Of a stretch of DNA of 64,000 nucleotides, positions 35,055 to 45,465 are shown piece by piece. The position numbers were made by a program, and so were the translations under genes. The stretch spans positions 736,001-800,000 of the forward strand of contig CAWGJT010000006.1 of the NCBI GenBank assembly GCA_963822965.1, read 5' to 3'. How positions within the stretch are numbered: position 1 is the stretch's first letter; each line of letters starts with the position of its first letter. Under the pieces are notes generated by a model. That model was not told the origin of the DNA. It made no database searches and saw only the letters and a program-made list of their open reading frames with translations. This stretch comes from an uncultured delta proteobacterium (lineage in GTDB: Bacteria > Myxococcota_A > UBA9160 > UBA4427).

Positions 35055-35366
35055 ATGCGGAGCCTGCAGATCACACTGGGCCTGGTCACGGCGATCGCCG
35101 TCTCCGGGATCGCCCCCGCGGCCGGCGCAGGCTGCTGCCAGCTCGTGCGCATCGACCCGCCGGCCTCGACGGTTCTCCGCGTGTGCGAAGACGACGGCAC
35201 GGGCCACTGTGGCACCGTCCTCTTCGAGGGGGATCTCGCGCAGGACGCGAGCCAGGCTGTCTGCACTGCGGATTCGACCATCCTCTATCAGGAATGGGAC
35301 ACGACGGGCGCGTCGTTCGACGCGCCCGTCGTGGCTCGCTGCGACGGCGATGACGTCGAGCTGTAG
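35055..35366 (+). CDS. small secreted Cys-containing protein (103 aa)
   Basis: GGAGG RBS; signal ending AAGA; 6 Cys; overlaps the next start. Confidence 0.75.
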   Translation: MRSLQITLGLVTAIAVSGIAPAAGAGCCQLVRIDPPASTVLRVCEDDGTGHCGTVLFEGDLAQDASQAVCTADSTILYQEWDTTGASFDAPVVARCDGDDVEL

Positions 35367-38300
35367 CCGCAACGGCCTCCACTACGGCGCCGCGCTGGTC
35401 TTCCTGCTGGCCGCGCTCCTGACCCGGCCCGCCCTCGCCGTCACCTACGTGTTCGACGACGTCTTCGACGGCGACGTCGTAGCCGTCACCCTGACCTTGA
35501 CCGACGTGGCTCCGGAGCAGGTGGAGATCCACGTCTCCGTGGCCCCGGGCGACGGAGACATTCTCGGTGTGTTCGGCAACGTGCCGGGCGACGATGTCGT
35601 ACCCACCCTTGTCGTCGAGGACGTGAGCGGCGACCTCACCCAGTGGCAGTTCAAGGCGAACGGCGTCTCGAAGGTCGGTGGCGGAAACACGATGGCACCG
35701 ACGAAGACCTGGGACTGGGGCGTGCGTCTCGGCGAGAACGGGAGCCCCGGTGGCGTGGTGGTCGAGAGCGCCACTTTCCGCTTGTCGGGCGACGGTCTCA
35801 GCGCGGCGGCCTTGGCCGCCTCCGTGACCGAGGGGCTCGTCTTCGGTGTCCGCATCCAGAGCACGCCCGGCCCCGAGTTCTCGGCGAAGGTCCACATGCT
35901 GGCCGGCACGGCTCCGGTGGAGGAGCCGCCCACGATCGCCATCGCGACCCCCGCCGATGGAGTCCTGCTCGCGGCGAGCCCGGTGACCATCTCGGGCACG
36001 ACCTCCGACGCGAACGCCGCGGTGGACGTGAACGGCAGCTCGGCCACCAACACCGATGGCAGCTGGACCACGACCCTCGACCTCGCCGACGGCCCTCACA
36101 CTTTGACCGCCACCGCGACCAACGGCGCGGGCAGCGGCAGCGACCAGATCGCCGTCACGGTCGACACGACGCCGCCGGTCGTCGTCATCGGCGACCCACC
36201 GGACGGCTTCGCGACGGTGGCCGCGGCCGTCGACGTGAGCGGCAGCGTGACGGATGCGTCACCGATCGCGACCTTCACCCTCGACGGCGTGGAAGTGCCA
36301 CTCCAGGGCGGCGCCTGGAGCGCTTCCGTGGCGCTCGCTCCGGGCACCCAGGTGATCACCGCGGTGGCCGTCGACCAGGCAGGGCACCAGGGGTCGGCGT
36401 CCATCGGCGTCACACGCGGCAGTGCGCCCACCATCAGTCTGAGCACGCCCGCGCCGGGCCTCCTCACGAACCAGGCCGTGATCTCCGTGGCCGGGACGGC
36501 TACGGGGTCGAGCCCGCTGACGGTCGACGTGAACGGAGTAGCCGCCAGCCTCTCGGGCGGAAGCTTCACCGCGCAGGTTCCGCTGAGCGAGGGAGCGAAC
36601 CTGCTCACAGCCACGGTCAGCAATGCTTTCGGGATCGCGAGCGCCCAGCTGTCCGTCACGCGCGACAGCCTGCCGCCGGTGGTATCGATCGTGAGCCCGG
36701 TGGACGGCGCAACGGTCCAGACCAGCCCCGTCCTGGTCTCGGGCTCGGTCAGCGACGCGAGCCCGATCATCGCGCTTGCCGTGCAGGGGAGCCCGGAGGC
36801 TCCCGGGAACGCCTTCTCGGCGTCCGTTCCGCTCGGTCCCGGTGCCAACACGCTCGGCGTCTCGGCCACGGACGCAGCGGGCAACGTGGGGTCAGCCACG
36901 GTTGCCGTCACGCTCGCCGGAACCGCGCTCGACGTCCACATCACCGGCCCCGCGCCGGGTGCGGTGGTCGTGGTCCCCTCGACGACCGTCGTCGGGACGG
37001 TGTCGGACGAGAAAGCCCGGGTGTACGTGAATGGGGTCCTGGCGACTGTCGTCGGCGGGCGCTTCACGGCGATCGCCGTGCCCCTCGAGCCGGGCCCGAA
37101 CACCCTGACGGCGGTGGCCACCCGGAGCGGCGACACGGCCACCGACGCCGTCGCCGTGGTCCACCACCCGGCGCCCCACGTGCAGATCTCGTCCCCTCGC
37201 TCGGGCGCCGTGCTGCGGAGCGCGCTCACCGACGTGGACGGAACCGTGGATCCGCCCGCAGCCTTCGTGGACGTGAACGGTACGACCGCGGGTGTCGGCC
37301 CAACGGGGCGCTTCGTCGTGCACGACCTGCCGCTCGCCAGCGGACCGAACACGATCATCGCCCGCGCGATCGACCCCTACGGAGCCCAGGCGCACGACGC
37401 GGTCGACGTCACGCGCGACGACGACGCGCCGCCCGGCCTCCAGGTCGTCTCGCTCTACGGCGTCCCCTATGTGGACGACGCGACGGCGTTCGCCGACGTC
37501 GACCAGTACGATCGCGCCCAGGCCTACGGCGACCCGGCGGGCTTCTTCGGCGCGCCCTTCGACCCGGTGTCGCGGAGTCGCATGGTGCCGACGCCGGCGG
37601 TGCCGCCGGTCTCGGAAGGCGCCGAGATCTCGGTGATCAGCGACCGGCCGGACGACGTGCAGCTCGAGTACTTCTACGAGGACAGCACGATTCCCGCGCT
37701 CACCCTGGTCGAGACGCCCACTCCCCTGGACGGCCCGGGGTTCGACCCCGACTCGTATGCGGTCAGTGACGCCTTCGCGCCGGCGGCGTTCGTCCCCACC
37801 CACATCGCCGACTTCTTCGAGCTTCCCCTGTGTGCCGGCGACTCCGGCTGCCCGCCCGGCGGGCTCCTGCAGCACGCAGTCGTTCGCGCCCGCGCGACGG
37901 CGGGCGGCACCAGCGACGAGCTCGCCCTGCAGACGGACCCCAACAACTCGCTGCAGGTCGAGATCACCTCCCCCGCGTACGCCTCGAACGTGTTCGGCAC
38001 GCAGGTCACGGTCACCGGGACGGTGCGCGCGACGATGCCGGTGCTGGACACGGCGCGCTACCAGGTGCTGGACACCTTCGGAACGCTGCTCGATTCGGGG
38101 ACCCTCGCCGTCAACGCCGAGGAGGACCCGAGCGATCCTGACTTCGGCGTGCAGGGACACTTCACGATCTCGGACCTCGCGATCGGCGCGGACATCCTGC
38201 GCTTCCGCGTCACCGTGCAGGACTCGCGCGGGCGCTCGCGGACCACCGAGTCGTACATCACGGCCTCCGCGACGGCACCGCCGCCGCGGCTGGTGAGCCC

Positions 38301-41300
38301 CGCCGATGGATCCGCCATCGTGGGGACGACCGTCTCCGTGTCGCTCGACTTCCCCGAGGACGCGACCCTGACGAGCCTGAACGGTGCCCCCGACGGACGC
38401 AGCTTCGCCGCGGGCTACGCGCAGGACGCACTCGTCCTGCCGATCACGCCAGGCGCGAACCTGTTCGTGCTGGACTTCGACACGCCCTCCGGCGCGAACA
38501 CCATCTCGTTCACCTTCTTCGGGGTGGCCGCCCGCCAGCTGCCGCGCATCCAATCGCCGGCAGCTGGCGCCTACCTGAACAGCAACACGGTGCTGGTGAC
38601 GGGAGCGGTCCCGCTCGGAACGCCGTATGTCGAGGTGAACGGGGTCGGCGCGGCGCTCGCCGCCGACGGGGTGACGTTCAGCGCCACCATTCCCGTCCCC
38701 GCGAGCACGGGCTACCAGGTGGAGAACGGCGTCGTGGTTCCGAAGCCGTTCCAGATCACCGCGGTAGCCTATCCGCTGGGTGACGCGACCACGATCGATA
38801 CCTACCCCGACCGCGTTGCGGAGCCCCTGGTCGAGCTGCTGCCGCCCGACGGCACCCGTACCCTCGACCCGGAGGTGATCGTCTCGGGCGAGGTCGCCGA
38901 GCCCATGCTCGTCGCCCTCGAGACGCCGGCGCAGATCCTGCGCGTGGACGCCCGCACGAATCCGCGCTTCGAGTTCCCCGCGGTGCCGCTCGCGCCCGGC
39001 GTCAACGCCTTCACGCTGCGCGCGTCGGACCGTGCGGGCAACGAGATCGTGCGATCGCTCGCGATCGAGCAGCTGCCCTCCGCGCTGGCACTCCTCTCGC
39101 CCGCACCGGGGACCAGCGTGCCCGGGCTGGCCGTGGACCTCCAGCTCGAGGCGTACGCGGACGTCACGCTGGATGCACTCTTCGTGGGAGGCACCCTGGT
39201 CTCCGGGACGGCCTGGCCGGGCGGGCAGCTGCCCATCGCCACCGGCACCGTCACCCTGGCCAACGTCCCGCTGCAGCCCGGCACGAATGCGCTTCGGCTG
39301 GTCTACCACCGGGGCGACGGGACGAGCGAGGTGCTGGCGCTCGAGATCGATTCCACCGCGACCGCTGCGGCCGGCCTCAAGGGCCTCGTCACGGACGCCG
39401 CCACGGGGTTGCCCGTGGCCGGTGCACTCGTCACCCTGCAGATCGGCGGGCAGACTCTCGTGGTGACGACCGATGCCAACGGCCACTACCGCTTCGATGT
39501 GGCTCCGGGCACCGCGGTCGGAAGTGTCGCGGCCGCGGGCTTCGGGGGCGCGACCTTCAGCGCGAGCCTGGAGGTCGGCCAGGTGGCGGTGGCGGATCTG
39601 CCGCTCGAAGCCAATCAGCTTCCCGGCGTCCTGCCGCCCGGACCCGAGCCGCCTGTGGTCGCGAACGAGATCAGGATCCTGGTGCCCCCCGACGGCACGC
39701 GGACCGACTGGGACGCGGTCACGGTGGTCGGCGAGGTGGCCCAGCCGGCCTCCAGCGTCGTGGTGAACGGCATCGCCGCCCAGGTGGTGGGCAACCGCTT
39801 CACGGCCCCGGGCGTCGTGCTCGCGTCCGGCGCCAACACGCTCACCGCCACCGCCGTCCTGACGGGTGCGGCCGACGTCAGCGACGACGTGCAGGTCGAG
39901 CAGGCCCCCGATCCCGTACTCGCCGTCACCCTGTTCTCGCCGCCCGACGGCGTCAGCGTCCCCGGCAGCGGGCTGGTGGCGCGCGGCTTCGTGAGTGCCC
40001 GGGACGCCTACACGCAGGTCGCGGGCAGCCTGACGGTGCCCGTCGAGGGAGTCTTCGCCGTCCCCGATCTGCCGCTCGCCGCGGGCGAGAACTTGCTCGT
40101 CGCGGCGTCCCGGACCCGGGACCAGACGCAGAGCGCGTTCGCCGAGGTGACGGTCTCTGCGGCAACGGACGCCCCCGCATTGAGACTCTCCGCGCGACCC
40201 GACGCCGGCATCGCTCCCCTGGACGTGCAGCTGATCCTGAGTGCGCCGGGTGGGCTCGCCGCCACGCGCATCGACTTCGATCTCGACGGAGACCTGGTGC
40301 CGGAGGTCGTCGACGACGCGGACGGGGTCGTGAACGCCACATTCACCCTTCCCGCGCGTCAGGTGGCGCGCGCCCTGGTGACGACCGCCGAGGGAGCCGA
40401 GCTCTCGGCGCGCACGCGCGTCCGCGCTTTCCTGGCACCCCAGGCGCGCGCCCCGTTCGCCGCCGGCAATCCCGTGGACCTCGCACCCGCTCCCGGTGGC
40501 GACCTCTGGGTTCTCGACGGGGCGGGAGCCCGCGTGCAGCGCTTCGACCGCGACGGAGCCCTACTGGGGAGCTTCGGCAGCAGCGGAGGCGGGCCGCAGC
40601 AGCTCTCGGGCCCCCAGGCACTGGCGGTTGCCCCCGATGGAAGCATCTACGTGGCCGATACCGGCAACGACCGCATCCAGGTCTTCGCGAGCGACGGCAC
40701 CTGGCTGGCCACGATCGGGACCAGTGGCAACGGACCCGAGCAGCTGAGCGGGCCGCGGGGCGTCGCGGTCGACGACGACTTCGTCTACGTGGCCGACACG
40801 GGCAACGACCGCATCCAGGTCTTCACGCGTGGCGGCACCGCGCACGCGCGGGTCTCCTTCTCCGAGCCGCGAGGGCTCGCGGCGCGGGCGGGCGAGGGCC
40901 TGCTGGTCACGAGCCCCAGCGCTGGACTGCGCGAGTTCGTCGTGCGTGCGAGCGGCCAGGGCTCGCTGGCCCTGCCGCGCGGGCTGGCCGTCTCGGGAGA
41001 CTTGACCCGCATTCGGGGTCCCGTCGACGTAGCTCCCTTCGAGGGCGGAGTGATCGTCGCCGATGCGTCGGCGAACGCGGTGCTCGAGGTGAGCGCAGGC
41101 TGGACCCTGCAGCGAGCGGCGAGCGAAGGGATCGCGTTGCATCCGCTTGCGGTGCAGGCGGGATTCCGGCGGGAGATTCCCTCGATCTACGTGGCCGACG
41201 GGGTCGAGGTGGTCGAGATCGACCTTCCGGTGCAGTCTCCGGTGCCGGTGGTGCAGAGCCTGAAGGACCGTCTGATGGCCGAGGACATCGACGGTGCGCT

Positions 41301-41538
41301 CGAGCTGATCCATCCGCTGCAGCGCCGCCTGTTCGCACAGATCTACTCGGACCTCGGCCCCAACCTGCAGCTGGATGCCGCTGCGATGGGGAGCCTCAAC
41401 ATCGATCTGCTCGGCGAGGATCGCGCGATCGTGCGGATCGAGGCCATGGAGCAGACTCCGGCCGGTCCGAAGCTCCGGCGCTTCCCGGTCACCCTGATCC
41501 GCGCAGAGGACGGAACGTGGCAGATCTACGACTACTGA
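35350..41538 (+). CDS. giant secreted protein (2062 aa): tandem Ig-like (glucodextranase domain B-like) repeats, carboxypeptidase regulatory-like domain, PKD-like domain, NHL repeats, small C-terminal domain
   Basis: Signal ending PALA; many I-x-x-P-x-D-G...V-x-G-x-V...VNG...L-x-x-G-x-N-T-L repeats; GLVTDAATGLPVAGA...TTDANGHYRF; IYVADTGNDRIQVF twice; ends EDGTWQIYDY. Confidence 0.9.
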   Translation: MTSSCSRNGLHYGAALVFLLAALLTRPALAVTYVFDDVFDGDVVAVTLTLTDVAPEQVEIHVSVAPGDGDILGVFGNVPGDDVVPTLVVEDVSGDLTQWQFKANGVSKVGGGNTMAPTKTWDWGVRLGENGSPGGVVVESATFRLSGDGLSAAALAASVTEGLVFGVRIQSTPGPEFSAKVHMLAGTAPVEEPPTIAIATPADGVLLAASPVTISGTTSDANAAVDVNGSSATNTDGSWTTTLDLADGPHTLTATATNGAGSGSDQIAVTVDTTPPVVVIGDPPDGFATVAAAVDVSGSVTDASPIATFTLDGVEVPLQGGAWSASVALAPGTQVITAVAVDQAGHQGSASIGVTRGSAPTISLSTPAPGLLTNQAVISVAGTATGSSPLTVDVNGVAASLSGGSFTAQVPLSEGANLLTATVSNAFGIASAQLSVTRDSLPPVVSIVSPVDGATVQTSPVLVSGSVSDASPIIALAVQGSPEAPGNAFSASVPLGPGANTLGVSATDAAGNVGSATVAVTLAGTALDVHITGPAPGAVVVVPSTTVVGTVSDEKARVYVNGVLATVVGGRFTAIAVPLEPGPNTLTAVATRSGDTATDAVAVVHHPAPHVQISSPRSGAVLRSALTDVDGTVDPPAAFVDVNGTTAGVGPTGRFVVHDLPLASGPNTIIARAIDPYGAQAHDAVDVTRDDDAPPGLQVVSLYGVPYVDDATAFADVDQYDRAQAYGDPAGFFGAPFDPVSRSRMVPTPAVPPVSEGAEISVISDRPDDVQLEYFYEDSTIPALTLVETPTPLDGPGFDPDSYAVSDAFAPAAFVPTHIADFFELPLCAGDSGCPPGGLLQHAVVRARATAGGTSDELALQTDPNNSLQVEITSPAYASNVFGTQVTVTGTVRATMPVLDTARYQVLDTFGTLLDSGTLAVNAEEDPSDPDFGVQGHFTISDLAIGADILRFRVTVQDSRGRSRTTESYITASATAPPPRLVSPADGSAIVGTTVSVSLDFPEDATLTSLNGAPDGRSFAAGYAQDALVLPITPGANLFVLDFDTPSGANTISFTFFGVAARQLPRIQSPAAGAYLNSNTVLVTGAVPLGTPYVEVNGVGAALAADGVTFSATIPVPASTGYQVENGVVVPKPFQITAVAYPLGDATTIDTYPDRVAEPLVELLPPDGTRTLDPEVIVSGEVAEPMLVALETPAQILRVDARTNPRFEFPAVPLAPGVNAFTLRASDRAGNEIVRSLAIEQLPSALALLSPAPGTSVPGLAVDLQLEAYADVTLDALFVGGTLVSGTAWPGGQLPIATGTVTLANVPLQPGTNALRLVYHRGDGTSEVLALEIDSTATAAAGLKGLVTDAATGLPVAGALVTLQIGGQTLVVTTDANGHYRFDVAPGTAVGSVAAAGFGGATFSASLEVGQVAVADLPLEANQLPGVLPPGPEPPVVANEIRILVPPDGTRTDWDAVTVVGEVAQPASSVVVNGIAAQVVGNRFTAPGVVLASGANTLTATAVLTGAADVSDDVQVEQAPDPVLAVTLFSPPDGVSVPGSGLVARGFVSARDAYTQVAGSLTVPVEGVFAVPDLPLAAGENLLVAASRTRDQTQSAFAEVTVSAATDAPALRLSARPDAGIAPLDVQLILSAPGGLAATRIDFDLDGDLVPEVVDDADGVVNATFTLPARQVARALVTTAEGAELSARTRVRAFLAPQARAPFAAGNPVDLAPAPGGDLWVLDGAGARVQRFDRDGALLGSFGSSGGGPQQLSGPQALAVAPDGSIYVADTGNDRIQVFASDGTWLATIGTSGNGPEQLSGPRGVAVDDDFVYVADTGNDRIQVFTRGGTAHARVSFSEPRGLAARAGEGLLVTSPSAGLREFVVRASGQGSLALPRGLAVSGDLTRIRGPVDVAPFEGGVIVADASANAVLEVSAGWTLQRAASEGIALHPLAVQAGFRREIPSIYVADGVEVVEIDLPVQSPVPVVQSLKDRLMAEDIDGALELIHPLQRRLFAQIYSDLGPNLQLDAAAMGSLNIDLLGEDRAIVRIEAMEQTPAGPKLRRFPVTLIRAEDGTWQIYDY

Positions 41539-41543
41539 GCTCC

Positions 41544-42089
41544 GTGCTCGCGCCCCTGGTACTGGTGACGCTGGTTGCGCCATCCTGCTGGACGCTGCCC
41601 ACCCGGGCCGTGCACACCCCGGGGATCGCGGGCCGCGTGGTCGACCATGAAACGGGAGAGCCCGTCGCCGGTGCCGAGGTGTTCGTGTCGCGCTTCGCGG
41701 CCACTCACTATGTGGGACACGCCGGCGCCTCCGTCTTCTATGGGACCCGCTGGACGACGACGGACCAGGAAGGCCGCTTCGCCTTTCCTGCAGAGGACAC
41801 GCCGGTGCCGCCGGACATCCAGCGATGGGAGCAGTTCTCGGACGAGCCGGGGGTCGTGGTCATCCATCCGGATTACGGGCGGGCCCAGAACGCCCGCAAG
41901 ATTGGCGACGATTACGCGCACATCGAGTGGGAGGCGGTGCCGGACTCGTACACGCTGGACTTCTGGAAGCGCCGCTGGGGAGCGGGTGCAATCTGCGGGA
42001 ATTTCGACCGCCCAGGCTATCTCCATTGTTGTGAGTTCGTCTACGGACCAGACCACAAGTGTGGCGGGCGATCGGGGCGTTCCAAATGA
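41544..42089 (+). CDS. exported carboxypeptidase-regulatory-like (transthyretin-fold) protein, possible immunity/partner
   Basis: Hydrophobic N-terminus with Cys; IAGRVVDHETGEPVAGAEV...TTTDQEGRFAFP; Cys-rich tail; start uncertain. Confidence 0.7.
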   Translation: MLAPLVLVTLVAPSCWTLPTRAVHTPGIAGRVVDHETGEPVAGAEVFVSRFAATHYVGHAGASVFYGTRWTTTDQEGRFAFPAEDTPVPPDIQRWEQFSDEPGVVVIHPDYGRAQNARKIGDDYAHIEWEAVPDSYTLDFWKRRWGAGAICGNFDRPGYLHCCEFVYGPDHKCGGRSGRSK

Positions 42090-45000
42090 AGCGGTTGCTG
42101 CTGTTGATCGTCGTCTTGACCCTGCCTCCTACGATCGCGAAGGCCTGGGACAACTTCGTGTCTCACGAACGCCTTTCGTTGAAGGCCATGCTCGCCATCG
42201 CTGACGATGAGACGACTCTCGACGCACTCGCGGAAAACCTGGGTCTCCGCGAGGGACTGGAGCAAGATCTCGGCCTGCAGCTCGGCTTCGATCCGATGGG
42301 GGTCGATCTCGACATCCAGCCGACGACCCTCGAGTCCCAGGCACCTGATCCGCAGAACTGCAATCCGATCCAGCGCAGCTGGCAAGGCAGCCGGCTGACC
42401 GACAACCTCAACAAGACCTCCGACGAGCCCGATCCTATCGACGGAGCGCTCTTCCCGTCGCCCGAGATCGGGGTGGTGCTGAACCCGCGCTGTCCCGACG
42501 GCGAGGATCACGCCGCCTGCGTCGAGGCGCTCTGCCGCTTCTCCGCCCAGACCTGGATCGAGCTCGGCACCTTCGCCGAGGACAACCCGAATGGTCGCGC
42601 CCAGCACCACTTCCACGATCCCGTGAAGCAGCACGTAATCCCCGGCAACCATGGGCTCGACAACCAGGATCCCGTCCTGCTCGGCTTGGACGCCCTCGTC
42701 GCCGACGGGCTCACCGCTGCCTTGCGAGGCGGGAGCTGGACTCAGTTCCTCGAGGGGCTCGCCCAGAAGCTGGGCTGGCGCTCGGAGGAGCGCGACCTCG
42801 GGAACTTCGACCTGCAGGGTTTGTCGGCCGTCGACCGGGCCCTCAACACGCCGAGAGACGGGGTCCCCGCCTCCGACGAGGGCCCCCGGAACCTCTTCGC
42901 CCTGCCGGACGCGGAACGCTACCTCTACCGCGCCGTCACGGCGCCCTACGCAGACGAGCGCGATAGCTTCACGACCCTCTACTTCCTGTCGCTCGGCCAC
43001 GTCCTGCACCTGCTACAAGACATGGGCAGCGTGGCCCACACCCGCAACGACTTCAAGTGGGACCACGTGGTGGTGCCCAAGCTCCTGCGGCTCGTGAGCC
43101 TGGAAGACGCACCGCGCCAGCAGGTTGGAGGCACGCTCGTCGCCGACTCCGTGCTGGCGTCCCTCATGGGCGACGCCTCGATCCCCTACGCGAAGCTCCA
43201 GCAGTACGCAGCAACGCCCGCGGGCCAGGGTCTGGACCTCGCCTCGTTCGATCCATCCCTGGGCCTCGAAAGCCTCGACGCGCTGCGGCGCCGCGAGGTC
43301 GGGGCCCTGTTCGACGAGGACCCGTTCACATCGCCGAACGGAGGGGGGCTGGCGGAGTACGTCAACACGCACTTCTTCAGCGCCGGATCCATCGAGGACG
43401 AGACCTCCGCCGACGGCTATGCGCTTCCCCTCATACCCGGGTGCGGCGACGTCGGCGACTCCGTCGGCTCGGGCGACGAGCGCGTGTCCGTTGCGGAGCT
43501 CCCCGCGCGCTCTCTGGCGACGGGCGAGTTCACGGGCGAGAGCGACGTCTACTACTCGTCGCGGGCGGTGCCGCATCTGGCCCGCTGCCGCTTTCACTCG
43601 CGAACCTTCGTCAACTCGCTCCCCAAGGCGCTCTGGCCCTGGATGGCGACCGTCGTGGACGAGACCGTGCAGCGCGACTACCTCGAGCTGATCTGGCCCC
43701 GCGTGATCCAGATGACCGCGGCGTTCCTCACCAGCCAGCTGTCGCCGCGGCTCGAGGTGATCCCGGAGAGCGAGGCCTCGTTCCGGCTCGCCAATGCCTC
43801 GCTCTTGCCGCTGCAGTTCGACCCCTCCGCGGTCGAGCTTGCCTACGACACGCTCGACCAGCAGACGGAGCTGCTACGAAGGGTCGTCGTCCCGATCCAT
43901 TGTGATTCGGAGTCGAACGAGGAGGTGCTTGCCGCTGCGCCGAAGTCCGGGGAGGTCGGTCCGGCCAGCGCCTTCCTTTGCCACATTCCAGAGTCACTCG
44001 ACGAGCCGGCAGCGATCCGCGACAGCTTCTCGATCCTGGTGCGCGGCGCCCTGGGACAGCGCGGGCAAACGGGCACGCGCGCCGAGTTCGACTCGCGCAA
44101 CAAGGATTTCGTCGTCGCGATGCGCCGCATCCGCCCCGCCGCGGTGATCGACCGCGTGACCCCCGGCACAGACGACGCGAGCGAGCAGGTCGACCTGCTG
44201 CGCATGTCGGTGGATCCCGAAGAGGGCTTCGCCCTGGGCGCGCCGGAGAACCTGACCGCGCGTCTCCGGACGGCGATCGGGAGCCAGATCGACGTGAGCT
44301 TTCCCACCGCGATTCCGGGGACCGGCCTGCTCGCGGTGCGCTCCGACGAGACCGTGCCGGCCGACCAGGACGAGCCGCTCTTCCGGACCGGGACACAGAC
44401 CGACCTCTACCTCTTCGATCGCATCGCCGCGACCGATCCGTCCAAGACCGGGTACCTCGGTCCTGCCCCCGACAGTCGCTACGACCATCTCAGCTTCGCC
44501 TCCGCTCAGGCGACCGCGACGCCGTCCGGAACGCTGATCTTCGCTCCCGCAGGGATCAGCGGGCAGAGGGGTCTGCGGGCCTACGTGCGCGATCCGAACC
44601 AACCGTTCTCGGGCACGTCCTCCCGGCCGGTCACCAGCCGCGGCGCGATCGCGATCCTGGACACGCCGTCTGCCGACGTGGTGGAGATGGAGCGCTGCGG
44701 CGAGCCCAAGCGCCTGGTGCCGATCTCGGAGACCGAGGCACTCGTCACTGCGGAGTGCACGCGGGCGACCTGGGACCTGGTCAGCCAGTCCCAGGTGCAG
44801 TTCGGTCGCTCGGCGGACAGCGTGTTCCTGGCGACCCTCGTGGATCAGGGCGCCGAGATCGAGGCGGTCTACACCGACGTGCTCGACGCCCAGTCTGCCG
44901 GGGCTGCGCGGGGCCTCGTCGCGTGCGCGGCGGACATCAGCGATCCGCTGTTCCCCTCGAGTCAACGGCCCGCCTGCCCGCCCTCGGCCGGGGCGATCCA

Positions 45001-45418
45001 GCGCGTTGGTGGGGCTCACATCGACTCCGTTCTCGTGGTCGGTACCCCGACGCGAAGGGTGCGGGTGTCCTTCCTTCACAACCTGAATCCCCAGTACAAC
45101 TCGGTCCCGGGTCCCACCAGCGATCTGCTCTATCTGGAGAGTCTGGAGGGCCAGGGCGACGAGGTGTACGACGTTGCGCTCGGGCTCCCCAATACGATGC
45201 GGGCCGAGAGCGCCTGGTCGCCCGACGGGAGCGTGATCGCCTTCCTCGACTCGGCGACGCAGCGACTGTCCTTTGTCGACGTCTCCGATCCGATGGCTCC
45301 CGGGGAACCGGTCACGCCGCTGCTGGTCGGCCCGCCGCCACGGCCGGGGTCCTCCCCCGACCCGCCTCCCCTCGTAGCAGCCTCCTTCAGCTGGGATGCG
45401 GGCCTACTCCTACCCTAG
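42086..45418 (+). CDS. secreted Zn-dependent phospholipase C / P1-nuclease superfamily protein (1110 aa) with C-terminal TolB-like repeat
   Basis: Signal ending AKA gives mature N-terminus WDNFVSH; FAED...HHFHDP; LGHVLHLLQDMGSVAHTRND; AWSPDGSVIAF. Confidence 0.78.
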   Translation: MKRLLLLIVVLTLPPTIAKAWDNFVSHERLSLKAMLAIADDETTLDALAENLGLREGLEQDLGLQLGFDPMGVDLDIQPTTLESQAPDPQNCNPIQRSWQGSRLTDNLNKTSDEPDPIDGALFPSPEIGVVLNPRCPDGEDHAACVEALCRFSAQTWIELGTFAEDNPNGRAQHHFHDPVKQHVIPGNHGLDNQDPVLLGLDALVADGLTAALRGGSWTQFLEGLAQKLGWRSEERDLGNFDLQGLSAVDRALNTPRDGVPASDEGPRNLFALPDAERYLYRAVTAPYADERDSFTTLYFLSLGHVLHLLQDMGSVAHTRNDFKWDHVVVPKLLRLVSLEDAPRQQVGGTLVADSVLASLMGDASIPYAKLQQYAATPAGQGLDLASFDPSLGLESLDALRRREVGALFDEDPFTSPNGGGLAEYVNTHFFSAGSIEDETSADGYALPLIPGCGDVGDSVGSGDERVSVAELPARSLATGEFTGESDVYYSSRAVPHLARCRFHSRTFVNSLPKALWPWMATVVDETVQRDYLELIWPRVIQMTAAFLTSQLSPRLEVIPESEASFRLANASLLPLQFDPSAVELAYDTLDQQTELLRRVVVPIHCDSESNEEVLAAAPKSGEVGPASAFLCHIPESLDEPAAIRDSFSILVRGALGQRGQTGTRAEFDSRNKDFVVAMRRIRPAAVIDRVTPGTDDASEQVDLLRMSVDPEEGFALGAPENLTARLRTAIGSQIDVSFPTAIPGTGLLAVRSDETVPADQDEPLFRTGTQTDLYLFDRIAATDPSKTGYLGPAPDSRYDHLSFASAQATATPSGTLIFAPAGISGQRGLRAYVRDPNQPFSGTSSRPVTSRGAIAILDTPSADVVEMERCGEPKRLVPISETEALVTAECTRATWDLVSQSQVQFGRSADSVFLATLVDQGAEIEAVYTDVLDAQSAGAARGLVACAADISDPLFPSSQRPACPPSAGAIQRVGGAHIDSVLVVGTPTRRVRVSFLHNLNPQYNSVPGPTSDLLYLESLEGQGDEVYDVALGLPNTMRAESAWSPDGSVIAFLDSATQRLSFVDVSDPMAPGEPVTPLLVGPPPRPGSSPDPPPLVAASFSWDAGLLLP

Positions 45419-45465
45419 AAGCGAGGCCGAGAGGGAAAGGGAACGGGAACTGCAGGGAGACGCAC